Below the pieces are notes generated by a model. The model saw only the letters and a program-made list of their open reading frames with translations, ran no database searches and was not told where the DNA came from. 64,000 nt of DNA from Myxococcota bacterium (lineage in GTDB: Bacteria > Myxococcota_A > UBA9160 > UBA4427): contig JAYZFK010000062.1 of assembly GCA_036336835.1 (NCBI GenBank), positions 219,822-283,821 of the forward strand. Direction: 5' to 3'. A program made the translations under genes and the position numbers. Positions 28,737-39,296 of this stretch are shown here, in pieces; the stretch's first letter is position 1, and each line of letters begins with the position of its first letter.

Positions 28737-29278
28737 GCCTGTTCACGCCCAAGATCCGGGTCTGGGCGACCCTGATGACGCTGAGCTTTGCTGCGGATCG
28801 CCTGAGCAAGGCGTGGATCGAGAGCGGCTTCGCGCTCGGTGAGCAGCGGACCGTGGTCGAGGGGTTGTTCTACCTCACGCACGTTCGAAATCGCGGCGCC
28901 GCATTCGGCCTGTTCGCCGATGCGGACGCCGACGTGAAGACGGTCGTGTTCGCGGTGGCGGCGGCGCTGGCACTGGCCGTCGTGGTGGTCCATCTGGTCG
29001 GATTGGCCCCAGGAGACCGGCGTGTCGCGGCTGCGCTGGGTCTGGTTGCTGGGGGTGCACTCGGCAATCTGGTCGATCGGCTCCCGCCCTTTGGCCAAGG
29101 CGAGGTGATCGACTTCCTGCACTTCGATCTGTGGGGCGGCTATGACTGGCCCGACTTCAACCTGGCAGACGTGGCAATCGTACTCGGAGTGGCGGGCCTG
29201 CTCGTCGACATGATCGCCCGCGAGTCGGTTTCGCGGTCGCATCAGGAACCCATTGACCCAGATGAATCGCGCGTTTAG
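28733..29278 (+). CDS. lspA: Lipoprotein signal peptidase II
   Basis: D..SK, NRGAAFG, GALGNLVDR, VIDF and FNLAD motifs. Confidence 0.95.
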   Translation: MSLFTPKIRVWATLMTLSFAADRLSKAWIESGFALGEQRTVVEGLFYLTHVRNRGAAFGLFADADADVKTVVFAVAAALALAVVVVHLVGLAPGDRRVAAALGLVAGGALGNLVDRLPPFGQGEVIDFLHFDLWGGYDWPDFNLADVAIVLGVAGLLVDMIARESVSRSHQEPIDPDESRV

Positions 29279-29464
29279 CGCACCGTTCGCTCACGGGAGC
29301 GCGCTCGACGCGAATCCACGAAAAAAATTCGTTCGCGACGACGATTCGAGTTGCACGCCGGTTGCGACCAGAAAGCTCATTGTGTTCGGTGGGCTTCGTC
29401 GCAAACGGCGGACACAGCGAGGTGTCCGGTGCCGTCGAGCCAATGAAAATTACTCGATCGTTTC

Positions 29465-29492
29465 TTGACACCCGAGCGATCGCTGGCAAGAT
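29465..29492 (+). promoter_or_regulatory. Putative sigma70 promoter upstream of the IclR gene
   Basis: TTGACA-N16-CAAGAT with TG at the extended -10 position, in a lower-GC intergenic region. Confidence 0.45.
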
Positions 29493-29702
29493 GCGCCTCG
29501 TCGACGGGGGGTGTTGGTGGTCGGTCCCTTGTCTCAACCATGTCGGTGCGAACTTGCTGCTTGCTTTTGCCTTGGCGAGGCGGACAGTACGCTGCAACTG
29601 GAGCATGTAGTGCTGCAGCATCTGGTGCGCTGAGGTGATCCGCGCCCTGACACGCACCGGAACGCGCTCGTCGCGGACTCTGCCTGGAGCGATGCCGATT
29701 CG

Positions 29703-30485
29703 ATGATGAAGCCCAAGAGCGATTACGTGATCCAGACAGTCCAGAATGCGATGAGACTGCTGGAATCCTTCCAGGACGACATCGAGCTGGGAGTGAGTGA
29801 GCTCTCGCGCCGTCTCGGGCTGCACAAGAACAACGTGTTCCGGCTGCTCGCCACGCTCGAGCAGAGCGGGCACATCGAGCAGAGCGCGGCGACCGACCGC
29901 TATCGGCTGGGGCCGCGTTGCCTCGAGCTCGGTCGCTCGTTCGCGCGCGGCAGCCGTCTACTCGAGCGAGCGCGTCCGTTGCTCTCCGATCTCGCAAACG
30001 ACCTGGGGGAGTCGGCTCACCTCGGCGTGATGCACAACTTCGAGGTCGTGCACCTCGATGGCGAGCAGCCTCGCCAGCTGGTGCTCGCCTCGTCGCGCGT
30101 CGGCGGGCGCATGCCGGTGCACTCGAGCGCGCTCGGCAAGGTGCTGATCGGCAATGCGGACGAAGCGACGCGCACCGACTACGACACTCAGGTCGTCGCG
30201 CGGGGACTCGAGGCGCGCACCGATGGCACCATCACCGATCGAGACAAGCTGTTCGAGCACCTGCGCACGGTTGCTGTGCAGGGGTTTGCCCTCGACATCG
30301 ACGAGTATGAGTTGGGACTGCGTTGCGCTGCTGCTCCGGTATTCGATGCGGAGGGGCGCTGCGTCGCCGGGTTGTCCGTGTCGGGTCCGGCCCCGCGCAT
30401 GAGCGAGGACCGCCTGCATTGCGAGGTGGTCGAGGTGCTCACCGGGAGTGCCGATCGGCTCAGCGCACAACTCGGACGCTCCTAG
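29703..30485 (+). CDS. IclR family transcriptional regulator
   Basis: [33 protein letters not shown]; effector-domain AAPVFD. Confidence 0.93.
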   Translation: MMKPKSDYVIQTVQNAMRLLESFQDDIELGVSELSRRLGLHKNNVFRLLATLEQSGHIEQSAATDRYRLGPRCLELGRSFARGSRLLERARPLLSDLANDLGESAHLGVMHNFEVVHLDGEQPRQLVLASSRVGGRMPVHSSALGKVLIGNADEATRTDYDTQVVARGLEARTDGTITDRDKLFEHLRTVAVQGFALDIDEYELGLRCAAAPVFDAEGRCVAGLSVSGPAPRMSEDRLHCEVVEVLTGSADRLSAQLGRS

Positions 30486-30525
30486 CGGGCACCTTCCCCG
30501 GCCAGACCGGGCTAGTCTCGCCGCC

Positions 30526-31665
30526 ATGCATTTCCAGCTGAGCGACGAGCAGCTCGCACTACAGGAAACCGCCCGCCGCTTCGCGCGCGATCGAATTGCG
30601 CCGGTCGCCGCCGAGTACGATCAGAGCGGTGAGTTTCCCCGCGAGATCCTGGTAGAAGCAAGCGAGCTCGGGCTGCTCTCGACCTGTGTCCCCGTCGAGT
30701 ACGGCGGCCTCGAGCTGCCACTGCTGGATCAGTGCGTGATGACCGAGGAGATCGCCTGGGGTTGCTCTGGCTTTGCCACATCGATCATGTGCAACGACCT
30801 TGCACTCTCGCCGATCCTGATCGGGGGGAGTGCGGACCAGCAGCGAGAGTGGTTCGGCCTGGTCCAGGACGGCTTCAAGCTGGCTTCGTTCTGTCTGTCG
30901 GAGCCCGGAGCAGGCTCCGACGTCGCCGGGCTGCAGCTGCAGGCCGAGCGCGATGGCGACGACTACGTCCTGAACGGCACCAAGGCCTGGGTCACCAACG
31001 GCGGTGAGGCGGATCTCTACACCGTGTTCGCGACGCTCGATCGCTCGTCGCGTCACAAGGGGCTGTGTGCCTTCGTGGTGCCACGCGATGTGCCGGGGCT
31101 CGAGCCGGGCAAGAAGGAGGACAAGATGGGTCAGCGCGCGAGCGATACGCGCGTGATCCACTTCGACGGCGTGCGCGTACCGGCGTCGCAGCGCCTCGGC
31201 GAGGAGGGTGCGGGCTTCGGGATCGCCATGCGCACACTCGATCGCTCGCGGCCGAGCATCGGCGCGATCGCGGTCGGTATCGCCCAGCGCGCGCTCGACG
31301 AGAGTGTGGCCTACGCGCGCGAGCGCCAGGCCTTCGGTCAGCCAATCGGAGGCTTCCAGGCGGTCCAGTTCATGCTCGCGGACATGGCAAAGGACATCGA
31401 GGCGGGGCGCCTGCTCACGCGGCAGAGCGGTTGGCTGCTCGATCAGGGACGCAACGCATCGAAGGAGTCGTCGTGCGCGAAGTGCTTTGCGACCGACATG
31501 GCGATGCGGGCGACGACCGACGCGGTGCAGATCTTCGGCGGAAACGGGTACACGAGGGAGTACCCCGTCGAGAAGCTGATGCGCGACGCCAAGCTGATGC
31601 AGATCTACGAGGGCACCAACCAGATTCAACGCCTGGTGATCGCCCGGGAGTTGCTGAGCGTCTAG
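30526..31665 (+). CDS. Acyl-CoA dehydrogenase
   Basis: [29 protein letters not shown] and [11 protein letters not shown] motifs. Confidence 0.95.
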   Translation: MHFQLSDEQLALQETARRFARDRIAPVAAEYDQSGEFPREILVEASELGLLSTCVPVEYGGLELPLLDQCVMTEEIAWGCSGFATSIMCNDLALSPILIGGSADQQREWFGLVQDGFKLASFCLSEPGAGSDVAGLQLQAERDGDDYVLNGTKAWVTNGGEADLYTVFATLDRSSRHKGLCAFVVPRDVPGLEPGKKEDKMGQRASDTRVIHFDGVRVPASQRLGEEGAGFGIAMRTLDRSRPSIGAIAVGIAQRALDESVAYARERQAFGQPIGGFQAVQFMLADMAKDIEAGRLLTRQSGWLLDQGRNASKESSCAKCFATDMAMRATTDAVQIFGGNGYTREYPVEKLMRDAKLMQIYEGTNQIQRLVIARELLSV

Positions 31666-31778
31666 GTGCTCGGTCCGCCGACTCCAGACCGACCGAAACC
31701 CTTGGAATCGTTGCTCTTTCGCTGAGTAGAACGCGTGATACACTGCGGGGCCGCTCGACGAGGAAACAAGCTGTGGGA

Positions 31779-33059
31779 ATGAAGGAAGAGGCGCTCGACT
31801 ACCATCGTCGAGGTCGGCCGGGCAAGGTGAAGACCGTCCCGACGAAGCCGACCGTTACTGCCAACGACCTGTCGCTGGCGTACACACCGGGCGTGGCCGA
31901 GCCGTGCCGCGCGATCCACCAGACCCCCGGGGACATCTACCAGTACACCGCCAAGGGAAACCTGGTTGCGGTGGTCACGAACGGCACCGCGGTGCTGGGT
32001 CTGGGCAACATCGGTGCGGCAGCGAGCAAGCCCGTGATGGAAGGCAAGGGCGTGCTGTTCAAGCGTTTTGCCGACATCGACGTGTTCGACATCGAGATCG
32101 ACTCCGAGGACCCCGAGGACGTGATCCGGGTCTGCGAGCTGGTTGCGCCGACCTTCGGCGGCATCAACCTCGAGGATATTCGGGCTCCGGAGTGCTTCGT
32201 GATCGAGAAGCGGCTCCGCGAGTCGCTCGATATCCCGGTGTTCCACGACGATCAACACGGGACGGCGATCATCTCCGGCGCCGCCCTGCTCAACGCCCTC
32301 GAGATCACTGGCCGCCGTATCGAGGAGACCCGAGTCGTGTTCTCGGGCGCCGGGGCCGCGGGGATCTCCTGTGCGCGGCTGTACTGCGCCCTCGGCGTCA
32401 GGCGCGAGCACATGCTGCTGTGCGACTCGCGCGGCGTGATCTACGAGGGCCGTGAGAGCGCTATCAACGAGTACAAGGCCGAGTTCTCGCGGGAGACCGA
32501 GGCGCGCACGCTTTCCGACGCACTGGATGGAGCAGATGTCTTCGTCGGCGTCTCGCAGGCGGGGCTCGTCACCCCCGAGATGGTGAAGCGCATGGCCGGG
32601 AAGCCGATCATCTTTGCGATGGCCAACCCGGACCCCGAGATCCTGCCCGACGCGGTCGACGCCGTGCGCAGCGACGCGATCACGGCGACCGGTCGTTCGG
32701 ACTTCCACAATCAGGTCAACAATGTGCTGGGCTTCCCATTCATCTTCCGGGGAGCGCTCGACGTGTTGGCCACCGAGATCAACGAGCCGATGAAGCTCGC
32801 GGCCGTGAGGGCGCTGGCGGAGCTGGCACAGCGCGGTGAGGCGGTGCCGGCAGCCGTCAAGCGCGCCTATCCGGACGAGTCGTTCGACTTCGGCCCGCGC
32901 TACATCATTCCAAAGCCGTTCGATCCGCGCGTGCTGCTCTATGTTTCACCCGCGGTGGCCCAGGCAGCGGTGGAGAGCGGCGTGGCGAGAAAGACCCTCG
33001 ATCTGGCTGCCTATGGGCAGCAGCTCGAAGAGACCGTTACTGACCTGGCGCAGCTCTAG
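31779..33059 (+). CDS. NAD(P)-dependent malic enzyme (MaeB-like, no PTA domain)
   Basis: [38 protein letters not shown] and NQVNN motifs; 426 aa. Confidence 0.93.
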   Translation: MKEEALDYHRRGRPGKVKTVPTKPTVTANDLSLAYTPGVAEPCRAIHQTPGDIYQYTAKGNLVAVVTNGTAVLGLGNIGAAASKPVMEGKGVLFKRFADIDVFDIEIDSEDPEDVIRVCELVAPTFGGINLEDIRAPECFVIEKRLRESLDIPVFHDDQHGTAIISGAALLNALEITGRRIEETRVVFSGAGAAGISCARLYCALGVRREHMLLCDSRGVIYEGRESAINEYKAEFSRETEARTLSDALDGADVFVGVSQAGLVTPEMVKRMAGKPIIFAMANPDPEILPDAVDAVRSDAITATGRSDFHNQVNNVLGFPFIFRGALDVLATEINEPMKLAAVRALAELAQRGEAVPAAVKRAYPDESFDFGPRYIIPKPFDPRVLLYVSPAVAQAAVESGVARKTLDLAAYGQQLEETVTDLAQL

Positions 33060-33107
33060 CCCACTCCAACGGCGGCGCAGCGGCCGCTGAAGACCGTCCA
33101 ACCGAGC

Positions 33108-34778
33108 ATGTCGACAGCGACCGAGTACAGCCTCGAGAACCCGCTCGCACCGACGCCGGTGGACCCGCCGACTGAGGGTGCACACCCGTCGGCTGCCACC
33201 TACGAGGAAGCCCTCGAGTTTGGCCGCGAGATGAATGAGCGGCCGACCCGCGGCGGCGGCGTGGGTCGCGTACGTGTCCAGCACGCGAAGCAGCGGATGA
33301 CGGTGTTCGAGCGGATCAGGGTGCTGAGCGATCGCGAGCCGAACCTTCTGTGGCAGAACTGGGGACCGGCTCTGGACGGCGCTGCCCTGGTGACGGGGAT
33401 CCTCGATATCGGCGGCCGCGACGTGGCGGTCTATGGCCACGACTTCACCCTGCGCGCGGGCTCGATGGACGCCACCAATGGCGCCAAGCTGGCACGCCTG
33501 ATCTATATGGCGGCCGAGCGCGGGATTCCGTTGATCGGCATGAACGATTCCGCCGGTGCCTTCGTGCCAGCCGGTGTTGGTGGCCTCGACGGGTACTCCG
33601 AGGCGTTCACGGCGCTGCGCAAGATCTCGGGGGTGGTGCCGAGCATCAGCCTGATGTTCGGCTACAACGCCGGCGGAGGTGCCTATCTGCCGCGCCAGGG
33701 CTCGTTCATGATCCAGTCCGAGGAGACATTCATCGGCCTCACCGGGCCGGGCGTCGTCAAGAGCGCGCTCGGCGAAGACGTGACCGCGGACGACCTCGGT
33801 GGCCCGGGTGTGCACGGCGCCAATGGTGTGTGCGACCTGACGACCAACGACGAGCTGGCGTCACTGCGCACCGCGATTCGTCTGCTGTCCTATCTGCCTG
33901 ACAACAACCACAGCTTGTCGCTCTACACGGAGACCAGCGATCCGGTGGATCGCTACACCGAGGAGGAGGACATCTTGTTCCGCCGGACGTTCGACTCCCC
34001 GGCGGGACTGAACGCGCCGCTCGAGATCACGCTCTTGATGCAGAACATCTGCGACCACGGCGAGTACTTCGAGCTGCAGCCTGGTCGCGCGCGCAACATG
34101 ATTACCGCCTTCGGCCGGATTGGTGGCTGGGTGGTGGGGTTCGTTGCCAACAACTCGGCGGTGGCATCCGGGCAGATCGACGTCGATGCGGCGCGCAAGG
34201 CGACGCGCTTCATCCGCTTCTGCAACCTCTACAACGTGCCGCTCATCTTCCTGGAGGACACGACGGGCTTCCTGCCGGGTACCGAGCAGGAGTCGCGCGG
34301 CATCATTCTCGAGGGTCGGCGGCTCCTGGACGCCATCATCGACGTGCGCGTGCCGTCGATGACGCTGATCATTCGCAACGCCTTTGGTGGCGCCTACGCT
34401 GCCTACAACTCGCACTTCGTTGGCGCTGACCGCGTGTTCGCGATGCCGCACGCCCGGATTGCCGTGATGGGCTCGGGGGGGGGTAGCGAGTTCGTGTTCA
34501 AACAGGAGCTACGCGACATCGACCGGGCGTACCAGCAGGCGATCCAGGACGGGCAGTCGCTCGAGGAAGCCGCCCGGCTGCGCGACGCTGGGGTCGCGGG
34601 AGTCCGCGCGCGCTACGAGCACGAGCTGCTCAATCCCAAGGAAGCTCTGTCGCTCGGCTCGGTGTCGAGCATCGTCATGCCGGGGACCAGCCGGCGTGTG
34701 CTCGCGAAGAATCTCGCTTTCCTGATGCGTACCTATCAGCCCAGCGCGATGAGCGGGCCGCAGCGGGAGTCCGAATAG
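33108..34778 (+). CDS. Acyl-CoA carboxylase, carboxyltransferase subunit
   Basis: [36 protein letters not shown] and AFGGAY motifs. Confidence 0.9.
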   Translation: MSTATEYSLENPLAPTPVDPPTEGAHPSAATYEEALEFGREMNERPTRGGGVGRVRVQHAKQRMTVFERIRVLSDREPNLLWQNWGPALDGAALVTGILDIGGRDVAVYGHDFTLRAGSMDATNGAKLARLIYMAAERGIPLIGMNDSAGAFVPAGVGGLDGYSEAFTALRKISGVVPSISLMFGYNAGGGAYLPRQGSFMIQSEETFIGLTGPGVVKSALGEDVTADDLGGPGVHGANGVCDLTTNDELASLRTAIRLLSYLPDNNHSLSLYTETSDPVDRYTEEEDILFRRTFDSPAGLNAPLEITLLMQNICDHGEYFELQPGRARNMITAFGRIGGWVVGFVANNSAVASGQIDVDAARKATRFIRFCNLYNVPLIFLEDTTGFLPGTEQESRGIILEGRRLLDAIIDVRVPSMTLIIRNAFGGAYAAYNSHFVGADRVFAMPHARIAVMGSGGGSEFVFKQELRDIDRAYQQAIQDGQSLEEAARLRDAGVAGVRARYEHELLNPKEALSLGSVSSIVMPGTSRRVLAKNLAFLMRTYQPSAMSGPQRESE

Positions 34779-34779
34779 G

Positions 34780-37533
34780 ATGCGAGGCACCGATCTGCAA
34801 TCCCGCCGTTTCCACGAAGCCAGCAGCACCTGGCTGCGCTCGTTTGCGCTCGACGATCTGAAGGTGCTCGTCGTCTGCCGCGGCCCAGTGCGCCAGGAGG
34901 CCTTCGATCTCTTCGACGCCATCGGTGTTGCCGAGTACGGGATGCTGCTCTCGGAGAAGGACTCGGTCGTCTTCCCGCGTTGCCTGGCGCCTGAGCTGCG
35001 CAGCTTTCGTTTCCCGAACAACGTCCACCGCGTGCAGGACTACATGGGCGTGGGGCAGCAGGAGAAGCTCCAGCGCATCCGCGAGATCGTCGGCATTGCT
35101 CGCGACCACGGCTACACCCACGTCTTCGCAGGGTATGGCTTCATGGCCGAGGACGCGGAGTTCGTCGAGGCGATCGAGCAGTCCGGTCTGGGCTTCATGG
35201 GGCCGTCGTCGGCCGTGATTCGCCGGGCGGGAGCCAAGGACGAGGCCAAGAAGACGGCGCGCGGGCTCGGCAATGCCGTCATCCCCGGTATTGACGACGT
35301 CTCGCCGCGGGCGCTGCTACGCGCTGCGGGAGACCGTCGCGCCCTCGAGGCGCTCGCGAGCGAGCACGCGCTGTCGCAGTTTGCCTGGGACGACGATCTG
35401 TCGCTGGAGGAGAACGCCGAGGCGCTGCTACAGGCGGGCTATGCGAAGACAGTCGAGCTGGTCACGATCGATCAGCTGCAACGCGAAGCCGAGGCGATCT
35501 GCGAGGAAATCTGGCGCGACTACCCAGGTAGTCGCGTGCGCTTCAAGCACATCGGTAGTGGCGGTGGCAAGGGTCAGCGAGTCATTGGCGACCGGGATGC
35601 CGTGGCGGCCGGCGTGATGGAGGTCCTGGCCGAATCGAAGGTCGTCGAGCGCGGCAGCAACAGGAACTTCCTGATCGAGCTCAATCTCGAGCGCACGCGC
35701 CACAACGAGATCCAGCTGATTGGCAACGGGGAGTGGTGCCTTTCGCTGGGCGGTCGCGATTGCTCGGTGCAGATGCACGAGCAGAAGCTCGTGGAGGTCT
35801 CGCTCACCCAGGAGCTGCTCGATGTCGAAATCGAGCTCTCCGAGGGAAAGGCGCTCGAGATCCTGCGAGGCGACAAGCAGACTCTCGAGCGCATGGAGAC
35901 ACAGGGCGAGAGGTTCGGTGAAGCGACCGGGCTCGACTCGGTCTCGACCTTCGAGTGCATCGTCGAGGGTTTCAACCACTTCTTCATGGAGATGAACACC
36001 CGGATCCAGGTCGAGCACGGCGTCACCGAACTCGCCTACCGGCTCCGGTTCACCAATCCTGACGACCCCTCGGAGTGTTTCTACGTCGACGAGCTGATCG
36101 AGGCGATGGCCCTGCTCGCGAGGCACGGCCCGCGCCTGCCCAAGCCCGAGCGTGTGGTGCGCGCCGTGTCCGGTCTCGAGATCCGGATCAACGCAACCAA
36201 CCAGGCATTGCAGCCGCACGCCGGCGGTGTGATTCGCGGCTGGTCGCCGCCGGCTGATGGCGAGATTCGCTTCGACCAGGGCATCGGCCATAGGAATCCC
36301 GATACCGGAGTCTTCATCTGGTACAACCTGGCCGGCGCCTACGACAGCAACATCGCGCTGCTGCTGGCGGACGGTGCGACGCGGAAGGAGAACTACGAGC
36401 GCATGGCGGAGATTCTCCGCCGCACGGAGCTTCGCGGCGACGATCTCGAGACCAATCTGTGGGTGCACTACGGGCTGATCCAGTGGTTCCTCGGCAAGGG
36501 CGTGATGGCCGAGCCGACCACTCTCTTCATGAGCTCGTATCTCGCGGGCGTCGGCGCTCTCCAGCAGCGGGTGACCGACACTGACGTCGGGCTCGCCCTG
36601 CGCGAGCTGCTGGCCGGCGCGGAGCATCCGGATCAGCAGCAGGTCCTGATGGCGAAGCAGACATTGTTGCAGCGGCCGATCGAGCGGCTGCTCGAGCACC
36701 CGCACGGTCTCGCCGGCTTCCTCGGCCGCTACGACGGCGAGCTGTGGGACGCGACCGGCGAAGCGGTGCGCTTCGTCGTCAATCCGGTGCGCTTCCTGGA
36801 GGCGCTGTACCACTTCCTCGATCTCGAGGAGCGCGACGGCGCCCCGCCGAGCGAGCAGATCTGGGATCACGACGCCGGCATCCTGTCGAACGCTCGGGCC
36901 TTCTACGATGAGATCGCGGCGCGTACCGGCGCCACCAGCCTCGACGAGCTCGAGAAGCTGCTGGGTGGCAGGGAGGACTCGCGGCTGTCTGGGGGCGACA
37001 GCGAGCTGTGGCGACGGAGCGTCGCTGCGCACCGGGGTTTCCAGACAGGCCTCGAGATCCTGCTGATCATCCCGCGCCTTGGCGTGATCAGCGACTTCCT
37101 CTCCATCGGAGTGAACGAAGAGCTCCAGCCCGTGTTCCCGGCGAAGTTCACCGACGCCGCGAACGCAGCCGACTGCATCCGTGCGTTGTCGCCGCCGCCG
37201 ACTGCTGCGAGCGACGAGATCGTGACCCCGATGGGCGGCAGCTTCTACGCCCGCGAGGCCCCCGACCTGCCCTCGCTGATCGCGCCCGGTGACCACTTCG
37301 AGGCCGGTCAGCCCCTGTTCATCGTGGAAGTGATGAAGATGTTCAACAAGGTGGTGGCGCCGTTCGCCGGAACGATCGTCGAGAGTCTCATGGAAGGCCG
37401 CGACGGATCCGTCGTCAAAAAAGGCGACGTGATCTTTCGCATCGAGCCCGACGAGCAGCCCGAAGTGATTTCCGAAGAAGAGATCGCTGCGCAGCGCGAG
37501 CGCTTTACACTCGAGCTGCTCGCGGCCCGGTAG
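34780..37533 (+). CDS. Large biotin carboxylase-BCCP fusion (acyl-CoA carboxylase alpha subunit)
   Basis: GYGFMAED, GGGKGQR, RDCSVQ..EQKLVE, FMEMNTRIQVEH and C-terminal biotinylation motif EVMKMF. Confidence 0.9.
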   Translation: MRGTDLQSRRFHEASSTWLRSFALDDLKVLVVCRGPVRQEAFDLFDAIGVAEYGMLLSEKDSVVFPRCLAPELRSFRFPNNVHRVQDYMGVGQQEKLQRIREIVGIARDHGYTHVFAGYGFMAEDAEFVEAIEQSGLGFMGPSSAVIRRAGAKDEAKKTARGLGNAVIPGIDDVSPRALLRAAGDRRALEALASEHALSQFAWDDDLSLEENAEALLQAGYAKTVELVTIDQLQREAEAICEEIWRDYPGSRVRFKHIGSGGGKGQRVIGDRDAVAAGVMEVLAESKVVERGSNRNFLIELNLERTRHNEIQLIGNGEWCLSLGGRDCSVQMHEQKLVEVSLTQELLDVEIELSEGKALEILRGDKQTLERMETQGERFGEATGLDSVSTFECIVEGFNHFFMEMNTRIQVEHGVTELAYRLRFTNPDDPSECFYVDELIEAMALLARHGPRLPKPERVVRAVSGLEIRINATNQALQPHAGGVIRGWSPPADGEIRFDQGIGHRNPDTGVFIWYNLAGAYDSNIALLLADGATRKENYERMAEILRRTELRGDDLETNLWVHYGLIQWFLGKGVMAEPTTLFMSSYLAGVGALQQRVTDTDVGLALRELLAGAEHPDQQQVLMAKQTLLQRPIERLLEHPHGLAGFLGRYDGELWDATGEAVRFVVNPVRFLEALYHFLDLEERDGAPPSEQIWDHDAGILSNARAFYDEIAARTGATSLDELEKLLGGREDSRLSGGDSELWRRSVAAHRGFQTGLEILLIIPRLGVISDFLSIGVNEELQPVFPAKFTDAANAADCIRALSPPPTAASDEIVTPMGGSFYAREAPDLPSLIAPGDHFEAGQPLFIVEVMKMFNKVVAPFAGTIVESLMEGRDGSVVKKGDVIFRIEPDEQPEVISEEEIAAQRERFTLELLAAR

Positions 37534-37540
37534 GGCAGCC

Positions 37541-37567
37541 CGCCATCTCCGACTCGGAGGGGGGGCG
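37541..37567. terminator. Hairpin between the convergent carboxylase and tatC genes
   Basis: CGCC..CTCCGA-C-TCGGAG..GGCG inverted repeat in the 34-bp gap. Confidence 0.4.
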
Positions 37568-38341
37568 TCAGTCGGGTGTCGTTTCGTCCGGAGGCTGCTT
37601 CGCCTCGTCGAGTGCGCGGCGGCCGCCGCCGCCGCCGAACAGCCAGGCCACGCCCACTCCGATCAGGTAGAGCACGATCATCGGCAGGGCGAGCAGGATC
37701 TGGCTGACGATATCGGGCGGCGTCAGCATTGCGCCAATGATGAACATGGCCAGCACGGCGTAGGGGGTGCCGGCCAGCAGCTGGCGTGCCGTGACGATGC
37801 CCGTCAGGGACAGGAAGAAGACGGCGATCGGGAGCTCGAAGGCGATGCCGAACGCGAGGAACAGGCGCGTCGTCAGCGAGAAGACTTCCTGCATCGTCCA
37901 GGCCGACTCGGCGAAGCTCGAATCGAAGCTGGTGAAGAAGCCGAACACGACCGGGAAGACCGTGGTGTAGCCGAAGATCGCGCCGCCCCCGAACAGCAGC
38001 GTCGAGAAGAACACGAAGGGCACGACCGCGCGCTTCTCGTTGGGATACAGGCCAGGCGCCACGAAACGCCAGATGTGAAAGAAGAAGACCGGCAGCGTGA
38101 GCAAGAAACCCGAGAGCAGGGCGCACTTCAGGTAGGTGAAGAAGATTTCGGTCGGCTTGATCGCCTGGAGCTTCGAGCCGGCTGGCAGGACGGCGATCAC
38201 CGGATCGACCAGGAAGCCAAAGATCCGCTCGGCCTGGTTGAATGAGAGCGCCGTTCCGATGGCCATGGCGCCGACGATCCAGGCGAGCCGGGAACGCAGC
38301 TCGGACAGATGCTCGGTGATCGGCTGTGCCGTGTCGTCCAC
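37568..38341 (-). CDS. tatC: Twin-arginine translocase subunit TatC
   Basis: EHLSELRSRL, WRFVAPGLYPNEK, FELP and TPPD motifs. Confidence 0.96.
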   Translation of the reverse strand: MDDTAQPITEHLSELRSRLAWIVGAMAIGTALSFNQAERIFGFLVDPVIAVLPAGSKLQAIKPTEIFFTYLKCALLSGFLLTLPVFFFHIWRFVAPGLYPNEKRAVVPFVFFSTLLFGGGAIFGYTTVFPVVFGFFTSFDSSFAESAWTMQEVFSLTTRLFLAFGIAFELPIAVFFLSLTGIVTARQLLAGTPYAVLAMFIIGAMLTPPDIVSQILLALPMIVLYLIGVGVAWLFGGGGGRRALDEAKQPPDETTPD

Positions 38342-38347
38342 CGCGGA

Positions 38348-38680
38348 CTACTTCTCGTCGGCGGGTGCGTTCGAGCCTCCCGTCCGGTCGGGTTCGCTGG
38401 ACGGCGGTGCCTCGGACTCGGCGATGGTACGGCCCTCGGCCGCGTCGTCGTTCGCACCGAGCTCCGCATGCGCGGCCTGCGCCGGTGGCTTCGCCGGCGG
38501 CGCGTGGCGCCTCGGTTCGTCGTCCAGCGCGAGACTCTGACGCAGGTCGCTCGACGCGCGTCGAAACTCGGCGAGCCCCTTGCCGAGCGACCGCGCGATC
38601 TCGGGCAATCGCTTGGGCCCGAGTACTAGCAATCCGACGATCAGGACCACAGCCAGTTCCAGCGGACCGACACCGAACAT
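38348..38680 (-). CDS. tatB: Twin-arginine translocase TatA/TatB subunit
   Basis: MFGVGPLEL...LGPKRLPEIARSLGK; disordered tail; precedes tatC. Confidence 0.88.
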   Translation of the reverse strand: MFGVGPLELAVVLIVGLLVLGPKRLPEIARSLGKGLAEFRRASSDLRQSLALDDEPRRHAPPAKPPAQAAHAELGANDDAAEGRTIAESEAPPSSEPDRTGGSNAPADEK

Positions 38681-38710
38681 GGGACGAATCCTAGCCCTGG
38701 TGGCGTGCCT

Positions 38711-38840
38711 CGGGGACTGGGACCGGGGTCGGCGGCTCCCCCCCCTCAGAAATCACCGCCAACCCCGGTCTCCTTCGAAAATGTCGGAAGTGGAGCCGGC
38801 GCCGGCCAATCAGGAAGACCGCCACCGGCTCCGTCCCCCG
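38711..38840 (-). ncRNA. Candidate structured RNA (multi-stem) between the PilZ gene and tatB
   Basis: Closing stem GGGGAC/GUCCCC enclosing two ~16-bp hairpins; most non-Watson-Crick positions become G.U pairs on the minus strand. Confidence 0.45.
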
Positions 38841-39239
38841 CTAATCCCTTCCCCCGATAGCGATCTGTGTTGCCCGCACCGTGTGCTGGACGCGCAGTCT
38901 CTGGTTGCTCTGCTCGGCGACGACCTCGAGGCCGGTGTTGTAGCGGCCGCCGTGGCGCGGGCGACACCAGGCAACGCGCACGATCTCCTCGCGTCGGATG
39001 CGCCCGTCGGAGTCGCGCAGTTTCACGCGGAGCAGGGATTTCACCGGTACCGGCGCCTCGAGCTGGAGGCACAGGCCCGAGTCCGACTCGTCGAGAGCAA
39101 AGCCGCTTCGCGGGCCTCCTCCCGTCACGTCGCCGGGAAAGTGAGCCACCTCGGCCAGGTGTCGGACCGGTTCGCGAAGCTCCACTCGGCCGTCGCGCGA
39201 GCCCGAGTCGATCGAATACAACGGGTTGGACGTCTGCAT
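38841..39239 (-). CDS. Single-domain PilZ (c-di-GMP-binding) protein
   Basis: RxxxR (RVELR) and DxSxxG (DESDSG) motifs; VRVAWCR...YNTGLE C-terminus. Confidence 0.7.
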   Translation of the reverse strand: MQTSNPLYSIDSGSRDGRVELREPVRHLAEVAHFPGDVTGGGPRSGFALDESDSGLCLQLEAPVPVKSLLRVKLRDSDGRIRREEIVRVAWCRPRHGGRYNTGLEVVAEQSNQRLRVQHTVRATQIAIGGRD

Positions 39240-39252
39240 GCCCACTCGAATG

Positions 39253-39268
39253 AGCAAGCAACATGCCA
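39253..39268 (-). promoter_or_regulatory. Sigma54 promoter of the PilZ gene
   Basis: TGGCATGTTGCTTGCT, near-perfect TGGCAC-N5-TTGCW. Confidence 0.8.
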
Positions 39269-39296
39269 GCGGCTCAGGCCGGCGCAACAAATATTT

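Noticed and set aside
34475..34483. G9 run within the carboxyltransferase as a phase-variation site
   Set aside because: The frame stays intact (SGGGS) and nothing else supports slippage; it could also be a homopolymer call artefact.
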